A stretch of DNA of 57,065 bases from a virus (Duplodnaviria; Caudoviricetes): positions 1 to 57,065 of IMG/VR virus record IMGVR_UViG_3300033388_003385. One strand, given 5' to 3'. Positions 28,730 through 38,013 of this stretch are shown here, piece after piece. The notes below the pieces were generated by a model, which was not told where the DNA came from, did no database searches, and worked only from the letters and a program-made list of their open reading frames with translations. The translations under genes were made by a program, and so were the position numbers. The stretch's first letter is position 1, and the number at the start of each line of letters is the position of its first letter.

Positions 28730-28981
28730 ATGAACGACGCAGAAAACCCTGATGTATATTTTTCAGTATGGATAGAAATTGAACGGGTCAATTGGAAAGA
28801 AAATGAATACGACCCCGTAACAGAACCACCTATCCACACAGCCAATTTCTCAAACGAGCAAGCCGCTTTTAAGTTCGCGGAAGGTATTAGAGTAATCGCC
28901 GACCTGCTCGATGCTGCTCCTGCGGATGCGGTAGTAGCAATCAAAGCCGCCCTCGAACGATTGGAGATGAACGATGGATGA
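28730..28981 (+). CDS. Hypothetical protein (83 aa)
   Basis: ORF bracketed by a 20-bp direct repeat. Confidence 0.6.
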   Translation: MNDAENPDVYFSVWIEIERVNWKENEYDPVTEPPIHTANFSNEQAAFKFAEGIRVIADLLDAAPADAVVAIKAALERLEMNDG

Positions 28982-29603
28982 ATACCACAAGATACAGACC
29001 GTTTTTAAGCGCGACCCGGCAACCAAGTATAAGACCCTTTTAGAAGGCGATTACTCTTTACCTGAATTTGAATACCTCGCCAAGAACAGATGGATCTTCA
29101 CTGAAAAGGTGGACGGCACCAACATTAGGGTGCGCTTCCGTAATGGTAAGGTGACTTTCAGTGGTAAAACTGATAACTCCCAGATCCCCGCGAGGTTGGT
29201 TGAGCGTTTGAACGACCGTTTTTTACCCCAGGTTGACGGATTCACCGAAGTATTTAGCGGTGAGGGCGTGTGTCTGTATGGCGAAGGCTATGGCGCAGGG
29301 ATACAGAAAGGAGGCCACCGTTACCGCCCCGATCAGGACTTTGTGTTGTTCGATGTGAAGGTCGGCGACTGGTGGCTGAAGCGCAGTGATGTCGAGGATG
29401 TGGCCGATAAGATGGGCATTCATGTTGTTCCGGTGGTAGGCGAAGGCACGTTGCTGGACATGGTCGAACACGCCAAGGCTGGTATCCTCTCGACCTGGGG
29501 CAACGGTTATGCCGAAGGCTACGTAGCGCGCCCTGGCACCGAGTTAAAAACACGAGGCGGAACCCGATTGATAACCAAGATCAAGTGCCGTGACTTCTCC
29601 TAG
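28974..29603 (+). CDS. RNA ligase family nucleotidyltransferase
   Basis: EKVDGTN (KxDG), LYGEGYG, FVLFDV, EGYV, TKIK motifs. Confidence 0.85.
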   Translation: MDEYHKIQTVFKRDPATKYKTLLEGDYSLPEFEYLAKNRWIFTEKVDGTNIRVRFRNGKVTFSGKTDNSQIPARLVERLNDRFLPQVDGFTEVFSGEGVCLYGEGYGAGIQKGGHRYRPDQDFVLFDVKVGDWWLKRSDVEDVADKMGIHVVPVVGEGTLLDMVEHAKAGILSTWGNGYAEGYVARPGTELKTRGGTRLITKIKCRDFS

Positions 29604-29630
29604 AAACACAAACCCGAATTGGCCTATCGT

Positions 29631-29890
29631 GTTCCTTTTCTGTTCCTTTTTATGTATGGTTCAGGGGTTTTCACTACTGTTCACTACTGTTCACTCAAGC
29701 AAAGAAAAGCCCGTAACGCGCTTATTTAGAGCATGTTACGGGCTAATTTATGGTCGGGACGGCGAGACTCGAACTCGCGACCTTTTGACCCCCAGTCTAG
29801 CCCGTTGAGGCTAAAACGGCGGTTTTGTTCCTTTTTTATTCCTTTTGTTGTATACTTTTCACTATTGTTAACTACTGTTCATTACTGTTA
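29631..29890. promoter_or_regulatory. attP region with arm-type repeats
   Basis: 10-bp tandem TCACTACTGT-like repeats at 29671-29695 and 29859-29888 and GTTCCTTTT repeats on both sides of a tRNA fragment, upstream of integrase. Confidence 0.8.
29751..29797 (-). other. attP core: 3' half of tRNA-Pro(GGG)
   Basis: Minus strand GACTGGGGGTC-AAAAGGTC-GCGAGTTCGAGTCTCGC-CGTCCCG-ACCA gives anticodon loop, T arm and acceptor 3' strand; no 5' half. Confidence 0.85.
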
Positions 29891-29915
29891 ACCCGAAAAA
29901 ATAGAGAGGTATGAC

Positions 29916-31286
29916 ATGACAGGTTTCACTAAAGGCGTTCGGCTTGTTGACGGGTCTTATAAGTATCGTTTCAAAGTGCGGGGAAAAATCTATCAAGGCG
30001 ACACAGGCTTGATAGATATCCGTAAAGCACAAGCTTGGGTGGACGCAGAAAAAGGCCGACTCAAGCACACTCGATCAATTGCAGCGCTCGACGCCCAGCA
30101 CCGCGAGACGTTAACAAGCGTTGAACCGATTCCGCTATCTGAATCCTTTGCGCATTTTCTCAGCCTTCCCAAGGATCGAGAGAACCCTAAAGGTCAATAT
30201 CTAAAGACCACACAATCTCAATGGAATGATTTTGTGCAGTACTTAACAGACAACGGCAAAGAGCATATTGCTCAAATTTCCGAGACGGAAGCGCGTAGCT
30301 ATATCAACCATCTTAAACAGAATGGACGTTGGCGACGGGAAATCATATCACGGAAAGCAAAACGCGGATTTGCTAAAGGATTTTCCGCGCGCTCATCGCT
30401 TTCAAATCGGAGCGTAAACGCCTATCACAAAAGTTGCCAATACATTATGAAAGTGTTGCTCCAGAAGACGCAGACAAGAAACCCCTTTGCCTTTTCCAAG
30501 ATGCCTAAGAGCGCACAGCCACGGCGTATATTCGACCTGCAAACAATCAACGCGATCATGGCTGAAGCTGACGACTTCACTAAAAAGATAGCCCGAATGG
30601 GTTTGTTGACCGGGAAGCGCCGGAACGAGATTTGCATGCTTGAATGGGCGGACATCCAGATATCGGGAAGCCTGGACGACTGTATCTTACCTTTTTCGAT
30701 AGAGCGCCGGGAAGATGGAACCCGCCGAAAAAAGACGGGGACAGTTCCTATAACCGGGCCGCTTCGGGAGTTTCTCAGCGAACTAATGGGACAACGCGAT
30801 AAAGCACTGCAAAATGCTGGACCACGACAGCAGGTCTTTATCGATAAATATGTTCTCCCCGAACATGCCAAGGCGCACATGCGCAATCCTGATATTGTTT
30901 CGCGGCGGTTTACGAAGATGCTTTTGGAACTCGAAACAGCAACTCCTCAAGTAACCATTCAAATCCCAGGCCGCGACCGCGCCGCTTCGGTCTTAGGTAT
31001 TCACAGCTTACGGCATACATTCATATTCAACCTAGCAAAACAGCAAGTCCCGGCGGATATCGCCATGGGGATCGTGGGTCATTTATCAGACGAAGTACAC
31101 GCCCAGTATCGCGATCACTTCAAAAGTTCTGATCGGTTGCGTGTACTAGAAGAAGCAACCAGCGCAATCGAAACAAAGGAATCTCACCCAACATCTTCAA
31201 AAACCGACTTAGTCGAAGCGTTGAAGGCAGCACTCAAAGACGCCGATCCCGCTGATAAAATGGCGATCATCCAACAGCTGCTGTAA
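29916..31286 (+). CDS. int: Tyrosine integrase (456 aa)
   Basis: TGKRRNEI (R), HSLRHTF (HxxR), VGH...Y catalytic motifs. Confidence 0.92.
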   Translation: MTGFTKGVRLVDGSYKYRFKVRGKIYQGDTGLIDIRKAQAWVDAEKGRLKHTRSIAALDAQHRETLTSVEPIPLSESFAHFLSLPKDRENPKGQYLKTTQSQWNDFVQYLTDNGKEHIAQISETEARSYINHLKQNGRWRREIISRKAKRGFAKGFSARSSLSNRSVNAYHKSCQYIMKVLLQKTQTRNPFAFSKMPKSAQPRRIFDLQTINAIMAEADDFTKKIARMGLLTGKRRNEICMLEWADIQISGSLDDCILPFSIERREDGTRRKKTGTVPITGPLREFLSELMGQRDKALQNAGPRQQVFIDKYVLPEHAKAHMRNPDIVSRRFTKMLLELETATPQVTIQIPGRDRAASVLGIHSLRHTFIFNLAKQQVPADIAMGIVGHLSDEVHAQYRDHFKSSDRLRVLEEATSAIETKESHPTSSKTDLVEALKAALKDADPADKMAIIQQLL

Positions 31287-31314
31287 CCGCCAAAACTGAC
31301 AAAACCCTCACCAT

Positions 31315-31349
31315 ATGCCGGAGCCTTTATAGGTTCCGGCATTTTTTTT
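31315..31349 (+). terminator. Intrinsic terminator after integrase
   Basis: ATGCCGGAGCCT-TTAT-AGGTTCCGGCAT plus T run. Confidence 0.85.
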
Positions 31350-31373
31350 GAGCGTGGGCGAAAAAAAGTTGCT

Positions 31374-31469
31374 TGGGTCATCATGGGTCATGCTGGGACA
31401 TGGGTGAAAATCCTGCTTTTGGGTAATCTTCAAACACTATGGGCTATGCTGGGACATCATGGGCTATGC
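31374..31469. repeat. Two clusters of three 10-bp direct repeats (TGGGnyATnn), candidate operators
   Basis: 31374-31403 and 31440-31469, between int and xis. Confidence 0.65.
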
Positions 31470-31569
31470 GGTGGACTTGCGTCGCAAATATCTAACGCGT
31501 TGACACTTACAGAACTCTAGATTACCGTTATTGACACACAGCAACGGTAATGAACAAGGAGTTTTGAAT

Positions 31570-31767
31570 ATGGCACGACGTAGGAACAGTGTCGGCCCCC
31601 TCTACAACGTTAAGGATACATGCGAACGCTTGGGCGGTATCTCCAGGACGCACCTATACACCCTGATAAAGCGCGGCGAAATCCACCCGTTAAAACTGGG
31701 TAAACGCACGATGTTCAGCGAGGACGCAATCGATACGTATATCGACGAATATCTACAGCATGCCTAA
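31570..31767 (+). CDS. xis: Excisionase/AlpA-like HTH protein
   Basis: LYNVKDTCERLGGISRTHLYTLIKRGEI..KLGKRT; next to integrase. Confidence 0.75.
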   Translation: MARRRNSVGPLYNVKDTCERLGGISRTHLYTLIKRGEIHPLKLGKRTMFSEDAIDTYIDEYLQHA

Positions 31768-32260
31768 CAACCGATCCGAATTTTTAACGCCGGATGAGGT
31801 TCCCAACGTTCCCGAGTACGCCTCAGAACCTATTCCCGGCCTCCAATGCTTTTGCGGACCCGAAACCAACCAACAGGATTGCCCCCTGTGTAACATCGAA
31901 AGGAATGACATGGAAGAAAACAAAGAAGAGTATCTATCCGGCGACGAGCTCGCAGACTCAATGAAGGAGTGGTACGCGCTACAATTGAGAGTTGATGAGC
32001 TTCGCAAACTTATTGTGAAGTCGACGTTGATGGATGGCCGGACGCAAAAGGCAGGCATGGTTACAGCGGCCTACAGCGAAGGCAGCAAATCGTACAACTA
32101 CCGACAGGCTGGCCTTGACGCCTCCCCGGAGATTATCGCAAAACACACCGTCCCAGAAACTAACTGGCGATATGTGTGCGAGTCCGCTGGAATAACGAAA
32201 GATAAAATCCCGTACGACCAAGGTGAGCCGAAAGTCAGCCTACGCGTCAAGAAGGGATAA
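31760..32260 (+). CDS. Hypothetical protein
   Basis: Coupled ORF; start uncertain. Confidence 0.6.
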   Translation: MPNNRSEFLTPDEVPNVPEYASEPIPGLQCFCGPETNQQDCPLCNIERNDMEENKEEYLSGDELADSMKEWYALQLRVDELRKLIVKSTLMDGRTQKAGMVTAAYSEGSKSYNYRQAGLDASPEIIAKHTVPETNWRYVCESAGITKDKIPYDQGEPKVSLRVKKG

Positions 32261-32262
32261 CT

Positions 32263-32640
32263 ATGACCCTCAAACGCTACAACCTGGACCAGATAATGGG
32301 TGATATCGTCAACGCATTACTGCGCGCCCAGGAAGACTTAGAAAATACAATAGGATTGTACGGCGAAGCCTGCGACGCGGTGGCGGAGTGCGAACGCATA
32401 TACCGGCAGACAAGGGGCGACACAACCCGCGCGCTCAGAGCAGAGGGCATGCCCGTCACACTGATACTCGATATCGCGAAAGGCGACACAGCCGGGCTCA
32501 AGGCCGACGTCATAAAAGCCGAAGGCAGGCGCAAACGTTATCAAATGATGGTGAACGCCATCGAGCACAGACTAAACACCCTCAAGTTCATCGCTCGGCG
32601 AACTGATGCGTTGGCTGATCAATACATGGGAGAGGGATAA
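32263..32640 (+). CDS. Coiled-coil hypothetical protein (125 aa)
   Basis: RAEGMPVTLILDIAKG motif; RBS. Confidence 0.7.
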   Translation: MTLKRYNLDQIMGDIVNALLRAQEDLENTIGLYGEACDAVAECERIYRQTRGDTTRALRAEGMPVTLILDIAKGDTAGLKADVIKAEGRRKRYQMMVNAIEHRLNTLKFIARRTDALADQYMGEG

Positions 32641-32796
32641 ATGACGATGCCAGCCAAGGAGCGCCAACGGCTACTTGAATCGATTGAAAGGATAGCCGAA
32701 AGCACTGAACAGATCGCGAAAGCCTTCGAAGAGTTCATGAACGAAGTCAAGAAGGAACACGGAGCCCAGAAGAAACGGAGAAAGTCCAATGACTGA
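32641..32796 (+). CDS. Small protein (51 aa), not in ORF track
   Basis: Fills the gap exactly; GGAGAGG RBS; MTMPAKERQRLLESIERIAE... Confidence 0.6.
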   Translation: MTMPAKERQRLLESIERIAESTEQIAKAFEEFMNEVKKEHGAQKKRRKSND

Positions 32797-33262
32797 CCAA
32801 GCCGAGAATATGGCCCTATGGAATCAGGTGAGTGAAACTGATCCGAACTTTACCAAGGAAGTCAACCAGCGCGGAGGATTCACCTGCATCAACGCGACCT
32901 ATCAAATCAAGCAGGCAACAAAACTATGGGGCGCATATGGCAACCCCCGTTGGTGGCTCGATTACACAAAGGACGACATGAAAATAGGCAAGTTCTTAGT
33001 CATCCTCTTTGGTACCTTCCGTTATCCAGGCGGCGAATTCCCAATAACGAACGCTGTAAAGCTCAGCACGAGTAAAGGACCGGACGAAGACGCTTTCAAA
33101 AAGTTAGAGACCGACACAATCACCAAAGCCCTGAGCAAGCTTGGTTTCAGCGCCGATATCTTCACCGGCTGCTGGGACCAACAAAAGTACACCGATCACA
33201 ACAACCACCAACAACACCAGCCACAACACCAACAGCAACCACAACAAGGATATCACCAGTAA
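32789..33262 (+). CDS. Putative Rad52/Sak-like ssDNA annealing protein
   Basis: DEDAFKKLETDTITKALSKLGFSADIF motif; adjacent to ssb. Confidence 0.6.
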   Translation: MTDQAENMALWNQVSETDPNFTKEVNQRGGFTCINATYQIKQATKLWGAYGNPRWWLDYTKDDMKIGKFLVILFGTFRYPGGEFPITNAVKLSTSKGPDEDAFKKLETDTITKALSKLGFSADIFTGCWDQQKYTDHNNHQQHQPQHQQQPQQGYHQ

Positions 33263-33822
33263 TGGCGAACATGAACAAAGTGATTCTCGCGGGCAACTTG
33301 ACGCGCGATCCCGAGATTAAGCGGACGAACAACGGCAACACAGTTGCGCAGTTCGGCCTCGCCCTGAACCGTAGATATATGGACGCCAACCAACAATGGC
33401 AAGAGGACACGACGTTTGTTGACGTCGAAGCGTGGAAACAGGGTGCAGACACCGCCGCAAAGCTCACCAAGGGTTGGCCTGTGTTGATCGAAGGCCGGTT
33501 AAAGATGGATACCTGGCAAGATAGGACTACCGGCCAGCAACGCAGCAAGCTTAAGATCGTCGCTGACCGCCTATCGTCACAACGCCCGTTAGAAGACCGC
33601 GCCGACGGCAACCAACAACAACCGCAGCAGCAACAATCCCAGGGATACGCTCCTCAGCAACAGCAGCGGCAACAGCCGCCACCACCTCCACCACAACAGA
33701 GCTACCAGGCTCCCCGGCAGCAGCAACAGCCGCCGCCACAGCAAACGCAGCAGCAGGCTCCGCCGCCGCCCGACCCGTTCGACAGAAATGGCGACGAACC
33801 AATCGACGACATCCCATTTTAG
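33262..33822 (+). CDS. ssb: Single-stranded DNA-binding protein
   Basis: NKVILAGNLTRDPE, IEGRL, Q/P linker, DDIPF tail. Confidence 0.96.
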   Translation: MANMNKVILAGNLTRDPEIKRTNNGNTVAQFGLALNRRYMDANQQWQEDTTFVDVEAWKQGADTAAKLTKGWPVLIEGRLKMDTWQDRTTGQQRSKLKIVADRLSSQRPLEDRADGNQQQPQQQQSQGYAPQQQQRQQPPPPPPQQSYQAPRQQQQPPPQQTQQQAPPPPDPFDRNGDEPIDDIPF

Positions 33823-33831
33823 TGGTGACTT

Positions 33832-34077
33832 ATGAAAAATAAAGATCTAACCACAGCTGATACTCAAGTAGCCCGGCTTTATCGTTGGCTCATGTCCGGC
33901 AAGACCATTAGCGCCCTGGAATGTTGGCAACACTTAGGGATCGCCCGGCTTGCCGCCCGGATCTACGACCTGAAGAAGCGCGGTTTTAACATCAAGACGA
34001 AGCGTGTTCAGGTGCTAAACCGGTTTCAAGAGGAATGCACTGTTGCTGAATATCATATGGGCGAAACCCCATTCTAG
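33832..34077 (+). CDS. Winged HTH protein (81 aa)
   Basis: ISALECWQHLGIARLAARIYDLKKRG..VAEY. Confidence 0.75.
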   Translation: MKNKDLTTADTQVARLYRWLMSGKTISALECWQHLGIARLAARIYDLKKRGFNIKTKRVQVLNRFQEECTVAEYHMGETPF

Positions 34078-34087
34078 ATGGTGATTA

Positions 34088-34279
34088 ATGGACTGCCTCC
34101 TATGTAAGCGAGACATGATAGACATAGCAACCTATTACTGGGATCGCTGCGGAATGCCAATCTGCCCTGAGTGTCATGATTACATTCCGCAGCATCCCGA
34201 CGACACACCGAAATGGTATCTAAACAAGAAGGCTCACCGCCTTTGGCTAACCCGATATGAGAGAAATGATGATGAATGA
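34088..34279 (+). CDS. Small Cys-rich hypothetical protein
   Basis: CLLC..CPEC. Confidence 0.5.
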   Translation: MDCLLCKRDMIDIATYYWDRCGMPICPECHDYIPQHPDDTPKWYLNKKAHRLWLTRYERNDDE

Positions 34280-34646
34280 TAATGGGACATTATTCAAAAC
34301 GCTCACGATAAACGGAACTCCTTTGAGTGAGTGTGAATTAATGCATAAAACTGTATCATACCGTCTTTATGTCGACACGAATAAAGAGTTAAACAGTTTT
34401 AATGCGATGGCGATTGAGTTCGTAAGTTGCTCAACCACGAGCCCCGCCATATGGGACTGTCCTGAGCTGAGAGTCGATCAGTTATTCAGAGTTACCGCTT
34501 ATCACGACGGCGTGAGGCACCTTGAATTTAATAGGGAGTCAGACATGCCTGGTTATATTTATTACCCCAACATGCAAGATCTTATTTCTCTATTTGAGAA
34601 AATTAGGGAGATAGAGCTTAACATTTGCAGGGATTGTGATCAATGA
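34257..34646 (+). CDS. Hypothetical protein
   Basis: Coupled ORF. Confidence 0.6.
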   Translation: MREMMMNDNGTLFKTLTINGTPLSECELMHKTVSYRLYVDTNKELNSFNAMAIEFVSCSTTSPAIWDCPELRVDQLFRVTAYHDGVRHLEFNRESDMPGYIYYPNMQDLISLFEKIREIELNICRDCDQ

Positions 34647-34909
34647 CCCCCATAGAACGAATAATCACAGCATACGACCGGTTTTTCAGGGAATGGGGGC
34701 GCAAGCCGAATGCCATCCTAGTTGACCCTCATCTATACGCCAAACTAGAGGGACAACTCAGCCAATTAATAGAGCCGTCGCTAAAGCCGGATTGGTTGAA
34801 TGAGGATATTTCAGTGTTAGGCACGCGTGTATTGCAAATCGACACAAACAACAACCCACTATGCGCCGGGATTCGTATCCCCGACGACACTCTAACCGAG
34901 GTGTTTTAA
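34643..34909 (+). CDS. Hypothetical protein (88 aa)
   Basis: ATGA overlap. Confidence 0.65.
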   Translation: MTPIERIITAYDRFFREWGRKPNAILVDPHLYAKLEGQLSQLIEPSLKPDWLNEDISVLGTRVLQIDTNNNPLCAGIRIPDDTLTEVF

Positions 34910-35226
34910 TGGCAAAACCAAGGCATAAATTTGAAATAGTCGGCAGTAATGGAAGATGCTTCCCTATTAATAGTTTACAGGAAGCTAAGCGCCTAATGAA
35001 GGCAGCGTCAGAGCCAGACGAAAAAGGTAATATAGTTAAACTCCGCCAACCGGCATCTATGTATGGTGCGAGCGACCTGATACTACAACCGCCTTTTACA
35101 CTGAGAAACTCCCCCTATATCGGCAAGCCGTTTCCGCTACTGCCTAAGCCGGGCAACGCTGCATACAAGCGTAAAGCGAACCTACCCCCATTACTCCCAT
35201 TCGAGGAAGACTTAGCCGATGCCTAA
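34909..35226 (+). CDS. Hypothetical protein
   Basis: GAGGT RBS before ATG 34909. Confidence 0.6.
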   Translation: MAKPRHKFEIVGSNGRCFPINSLQEAKRLMKAASEPDEKGNIVKLRQPASMYGASDLILQPPFTLRNSPYIGKPFPLLPKPGNAAYKRKANLPPLLPFEEDLADA

Positions 35227-35446
35227 AAACCGTGACTTTCCAACTGACTCCCACACCTGCCCGTGCGGGCGCACCCTCTCACCGAACTTACCGAAGTGTA
35301 GAGGTTGCGGCAGTCCCAACCCAGGGTATGGCCCTGGACCCGCTAAAGAGAAACGGCGGGCGACCACAAAGCCGCCCGCCTCTAAACCCCAATTACCCGA
35401 CAAAGAGAACTTCTTCGATTCAACAATCAAGTTCAAGGACAAATAA
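35219..35446 (+). CDS. Small Cys-containing protein
   Basis: CPCG..CRGC; GAGG RBS. Confidence 0.55.
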   Translation: MPKNRDFPTDSHTCPCGRTLSPNLPKCRGCGSPNPGYGPGPAKEKRRATTKPPASKPQLPDKENFFDSTIKFKDK

Positions 35447-35637
35447 TGCCCGAAAAGATAACTTGCGCCCACTGCGGATGGACTGGCACAGCGGACGACC
35501 TGCAGATCCGCGACGAATGCGAAGACGTAACGCCCGAACGGGTTTGTCCGGATTGCCGGTTGCCGTCGTACTTGTTGCCGTTTGAGGAGTACATGGAACA
35601 ATTCAAAGACGGAGAGAGTGATAGTGAACTGGCTTAA
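35446..35637 (+). CDS. Small zinc-ribbon protein
   Basis: CAHCGWTG...CPDC. Confidence 0.6.
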   Translation: MPEKITCAHCGWTGTADDLQIRDECEDVTPERVCPDCRLPSYLLPFEEYMEQFKDGESDSELA

Positions 35638-36403
35638 CATCGAGTTGCCGACGTTACGCTCTGAGGAGTTCCTCGGGTCGGAGCCGGTCGAGCGCGCTAC
35701 ATGGCTATGCCTCATGGCCTACTGCGCCGACCAAGAGAATAGCGGTGTTATCAAGGGTTGCAATGAATGGAGTGACCGTAAGCTGCAGCAGATTATTGGT
35801 GTAACTGCCGAAGAGATTCGAGCAACATCAGATCTATGGTCCTGGACTGGTAACAATTTACGCTTATGGGGATACCCGGTTGACAAAGAAGAAGAGATCA
35901 AAGCTTGTCGCGAGGCTGGGAGGAAGGGTGGACGTCCGAAGAAATCAGCCTCAGAAAAAAGCGATTCAAAACCGGGGGGTTCTCTAAAACAAAACCCCCC
36001 GGTTATTGCCGACCAAAACCCAGGGGTTCCAAATCGCTTAAACGGAAAGGAAAGGAAAGGAAAGGAAGGGAATAAGAAAGGAATAGAAAACGGGCAAGGA
36101 GAGATTAAAAATGCAATCATCGACAACCTCCGGAAAGTCATCGACAAAGCAACAGGCGGCAATATCACCAACACAAAGCTCCGGGTTGAATACGATATCC
36201 TCATGTCCTGGGCAACTGGCATCGGCCTTACGCTTACTGACGTTGCGGCGGCTTTGGAGTATGCGTCGACTTCGCACCGGGGCAGGCCGTTAACGAACGC
36301 CAAAGCCTTCACGTTTGAGTATGGCAAGATCCATCAAACCATAAGCGCCCCTACAACTGCCGGACCCTCCCAAGAAGAGATAAACGCCCGCTATGCAAGT
36401 TGA
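35624..36403 (+). CDS. Putative replication initiator protein
   Basis: GTG start with GGAG RBS; N-terminal wHTH-like region, GRKGGRPKK linker with internal DNA repeats, typical of lambda O-like initiators. Confidence 0.7.
   Translation: MNWLNIELPTLRSEEFLGSEPVERATWLCLMAYCADQENSGVIKGCNEWSDRKLQQIIGVTAEEIRATSDLWSWTGNNLRLWGYPVDKEEEIKACREAGRKGGRPKKSASEKSDSKPGGSLKQNPPVIADQNPGVPNRLNGKERKGKEGNKKGIENGQGEIKNAIIDNLRKVIDKATGGNITNTKLRVEYDILMSWATGIGLTLTDVAAALEYASTSHRGRPLTNAKAFTFEYGKIHQTISAPTTAGPSQEEINARYAS
35965..36070. repeat. Candidate replication origin iterons
   Basis: AACCGGGGGGTT / AACCCCCCGGTT / AACCCAGGGGTT repeats followed by (GGAAA)n purine tract. Confidence 0.55.
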
Positions 36404-37109
36404 AGAGATTGACCGCCTGATAGGAACCTACCGCGCCAACTGGCATTTGAACCAGGACGTTGAGGCAGAATTTCGCGCCCTATGGCGCGGCGTCCATGCC
36501 GACCAGGCCCGCGCTGTGATGGATAAGATTTTAGCCGACCGCCGCGACGCGAACAAGTTCGGCAAGTACGACGGCCCGAGCCCTAACGAGTTCCACGCAG
36601 TAGCATACAAGCTACATCCGAAGAGCTCAAAGGACGCACCGCCGAGCTGTGAGGTTTGCTCGCACACCGGTTGGCGTAGCATTATCTTGTGCGGGCCAAA
36701 CAGCCTTGCCCACCCGTGCCAGCTCGTAGTGCCGGAGCAGATGAAGCCGGACGCACCACTAGCGAAACATTACTGGACCCATCGCGTCCCCTGCCGTTGT
36801 GAAGGCGGCGAATACCGTCGCCAAACATATACCAAGTTCGACGAACGCGATGCCGACCGCATGTATAGCGCATCATTAAGCGTATGCCGCGCCCAATGGT
36901 TTGCTGAGGATTTACAAGCCTACGCCGATCACGTCCATAATGGCACGCCCTTGCGAAATAAAGGCGAACCCGACCCGTGGATAGCAAAAGCCGCCGAACG
37001 CCTTGCAAGCACCCTTTCTGGCAAGACTGCGGCTATTCTAAGCGAGAAGCGCGAGGTAGAGACCGCGCCGGTTGAGGAGTCTTGGGAAAAAGCTGAGGAG
37101 CGATGGTAA
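36393..37109 (+). CDS. Hypothetical replication-associated protein (238 aa)
   Basis: Follows initiator; CEVC..TGW...PCRC motif. Confidence 0.6.
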   Translation: MQVEEIDRLIGTYRANWHLNQDVEAEFRALWRGVHADQARAVMDKILADRRDANKFGKYDGPSPNEFHAVAYKLHPKSSKDAPPSCEVCSHTGWRSIILCGPNSLAHPCQLVVPEQMKPDAPLAKHYWTHRVPCRCEGGEYRRQTYTKFDERDADRMYSASLSVCRAQWFAEDLQAYADHVHNGTPLRNKGEPDPWIAKAAERLASTLSGKTAAILSEKREVETAPVEESWEKAEERW

Positions 37110-37250
37110 TGACGAAAGTGGAACATACGACCGACCGCTGGTGTGGAATATGCAGGTTGCGCACAACCGAGCAGCTTTGCCCGGTGTGCTTTCATCGTTG
37201 GTGCCGATCTGTACCGACGAACCCCTACGACGAGACGAAGCACAAGCAGG

Positions 37251-37286
37251 AACAAAAAGAGGGGACGCCGAATTAACGACGCCCCC
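37251..37286 (-). terminator. Intrinsic terminator ending the TIGR-Tas transcript
   Basis: Minus strand GGGGGCGTCG-TTAATT-CGGCGTCCCC-TCTTTTTGTT; stem needs G-U pairs that form only on this strand. Confidence 0.8.
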
Positions 37287-37303
37287 AACCATACGGGATC
37301 TGT

Positions 37304-37993
37304 AGGTTCACTCCTTCATTATGGTGCTTTCGACAATTATAGTTCACTCCGGTATCTTGGTTCTCTCCATAAATTTGGTTCACTCCTGTATTCTGGTGCT
37401 TTCTTGAGGGCTGGTTCATTCGCTGGTCACGGTACTGTCAAGTCTACTAATTCACTCGCATGCTTTGGTGCTTTCAAACGTTGTGGTTCACTCTGATCTC
37501 TTGGTACTCTCCTCAGGTGTGGTTCACTCTCGTAACATGGTACTGTCTTGCACATTGATTCACTCATACGGTATGTTTCTTTCATCCAACATGGTTCATT
37601 CTGGGCTATTGGTGCTCTCTCTGTATATGGTTCGTTCGCGTATATTGGTGCTATCCTATACTCTGGCTCACTCTGGCTCACTCTGGTCTTTTGGCGCTGT
37701 CGAAGATGTTGGTTCACTCCAGACTCATGGTGCTTTCATCTATCCTTGGTTCACTCCGAGGTGCTGGTGCTATCTGCGGTTTAGGTTCACTCTATTCATA
37801 TGTTTCTTTCGTATAATCTGATTCACTCAGTTCTTATGGTGCTTTCATGAGTATGGGGTTCACTCTCGTACATTGGCGCGGTCTGTATTTACTAGTTCAC
37901 TCCATATTATTGTTACTGTCGACAAGTATGGTTCACTCTATTCTATTGGTACTGTCCGCGAAACTTGGCTCACTCACTATATTTGGTACTCTC
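37304..37993 (-). ncRNA. TIGR-like array A (about 19 units of 36 nt), downstream of tas
   Basis: Plus strand TGGTTCACTC-N8-TGGT(G/A)CT(T/A/G/C)TC-N8 with 36-nt (occasionally 37-nt) period. Confidence 0.92.
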
Positions 37994-38013
37994 AGAACTT
38001 TGGTTATCTAAAA

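Noticed and set aside
27093-29603. Hammerhead plus RNA ligase as an RNA circularisation system
   Set aside because: Only one ribozyme seen; KxDG ligases need 5'-P/3'-OH ends, which hammerhead cleavage does not give, and no end-healing enzyme was recognised
29751-29797. Functional tRNA-Pro gene
   Set aside because: 5' half and D arm are absent; context fits an attP core
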